DNA of 53,567 nucleotides from a virus. Taxonomy: Duplodnaviria > Caudoviricetes. This document shows, in pieces, positions 53,318-53,567 of this stretch. Both the position numbers and the translations under genes were made by a program. Below the pieces are notes generated by a model. That model ran no database searches. It saw nothing but the letters and a program-made list of their open reading frames with translations, and had not been told where the DNA came from. The stretch spans positions 1 to 53,567 of IMG/VR virus record IMGVR_UViG_3300032270_001137; one strand, written 5' to 3'. Every line of letters starts with the position of its first letter. Within the stretch, counting starts at the first letter, position 1.

Positions 53318-53566
53318 TTAGACTACTGGGTTACCTGCTTCAGTCCAGCATTCCGCGTCGTCTCCTTCTAGCCAAACTCGAATGGCCTCGTCACTGGTAG
53401 CTTGGTCGTAGGCCTTTTCAAGTTCTCTGTAGAACCGTCTACAAAGGCCTGTTCTCCATTGCTCACCATTAGCGTGAATCAGGCTTGATAGCTCACTAGC
53501 CGCGATGAGATCCAGGCAATTCTCTTGTCCATAGATTCTTATACCACAGGTATTCTCGTGACAGTA
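53318..53566 (-). CDS. C-terminal part of a hypothetical protein entering from the window edge
   Basis: Open frame YCHENT...FYRELEKAYDQATSDEAI..W.EAG to TAA at 53318. Confidence 0.55.
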   Translation of the reverse strand, partial: YCHENTCGIRIYGQENCLDLIAASELSSLIHANGEQWRTGLCRRFYRELEKAYDQATSDEAIRVWLEGDDAECWTEAGNPVV

Positions 53567-53567
53567 G

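Noticed and set aside
1-53567. Bacterial chromosome origin suggested by argG, argH, infC, gmd, cysC, ferritin and two-component genes
   Set aside because: These genes are isolated from their normal operons and interleaved with endolysin, RNA ligase, capsid-targeting-like leaders and phage-type promoters, with no obvious compositional break.
1-53567. Stop-codon reassignment (TAG/TGA) as in some huge phages
   Set aside because: Conserved genes are full length under code 11 and coding density is high; reading through the TAG at 47839 in frame does not recover the duplicated motif.

Overview
This window looks like a segment of a large (jumbo/huge) dsDNA tailed-phage genome, most likely infecting a Bacteroidota host. 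The phage call rests on AT-rich, densely packed short genes, lack of Shine-Dalgarno motifs, T4-like capsid-targeting N-termini, a GH19 endolysin, an Rnl1 RNA-repair module and a tRNA region. The host call rests on a T9SS C-terminal sorting domain, Bacteroidota-type lipoproteins and TAnnTTT-like promoters. The left half (+ strand, 1-27.1 kb) carries a sugar/sulfate activation cluster (FkbM, DegT, gmd, SIS isomerase, cysC-HAD, HxGH transferase), uvsE, argG-argH, a DnaQ-like exonuclease, IF3, an SLT, ferritin, many proteins with an MK..FE.F.NE leader, and a two-component-type signalling cluster (two histidine kinases plus a stand-alone receiver). The right half (mostly - strand) converges on a bidirectional terminator near 27.18 kb. 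It carries the endolysin, a leader-tagged 2H phosphoesterase, an RNA-repair operon, a T9SS cargo protein, many small early genes and tRNAs. Best candidates for undescribed biology: (1) a family of tRNA-scaffold RNAs with near-identical acceptor/D/T arms but unrelated 36-76 nt inserts replacing the anticodon arm; (2) the phage two-component cluster between a holin-like gene and the endolysin; (3) a large set of putatively capsid-packaged enzymes; (4) three proteins sharing a second N-terminal leader fused to unrelated domains. All functional calls come from motif reading by eye; no searches were run.
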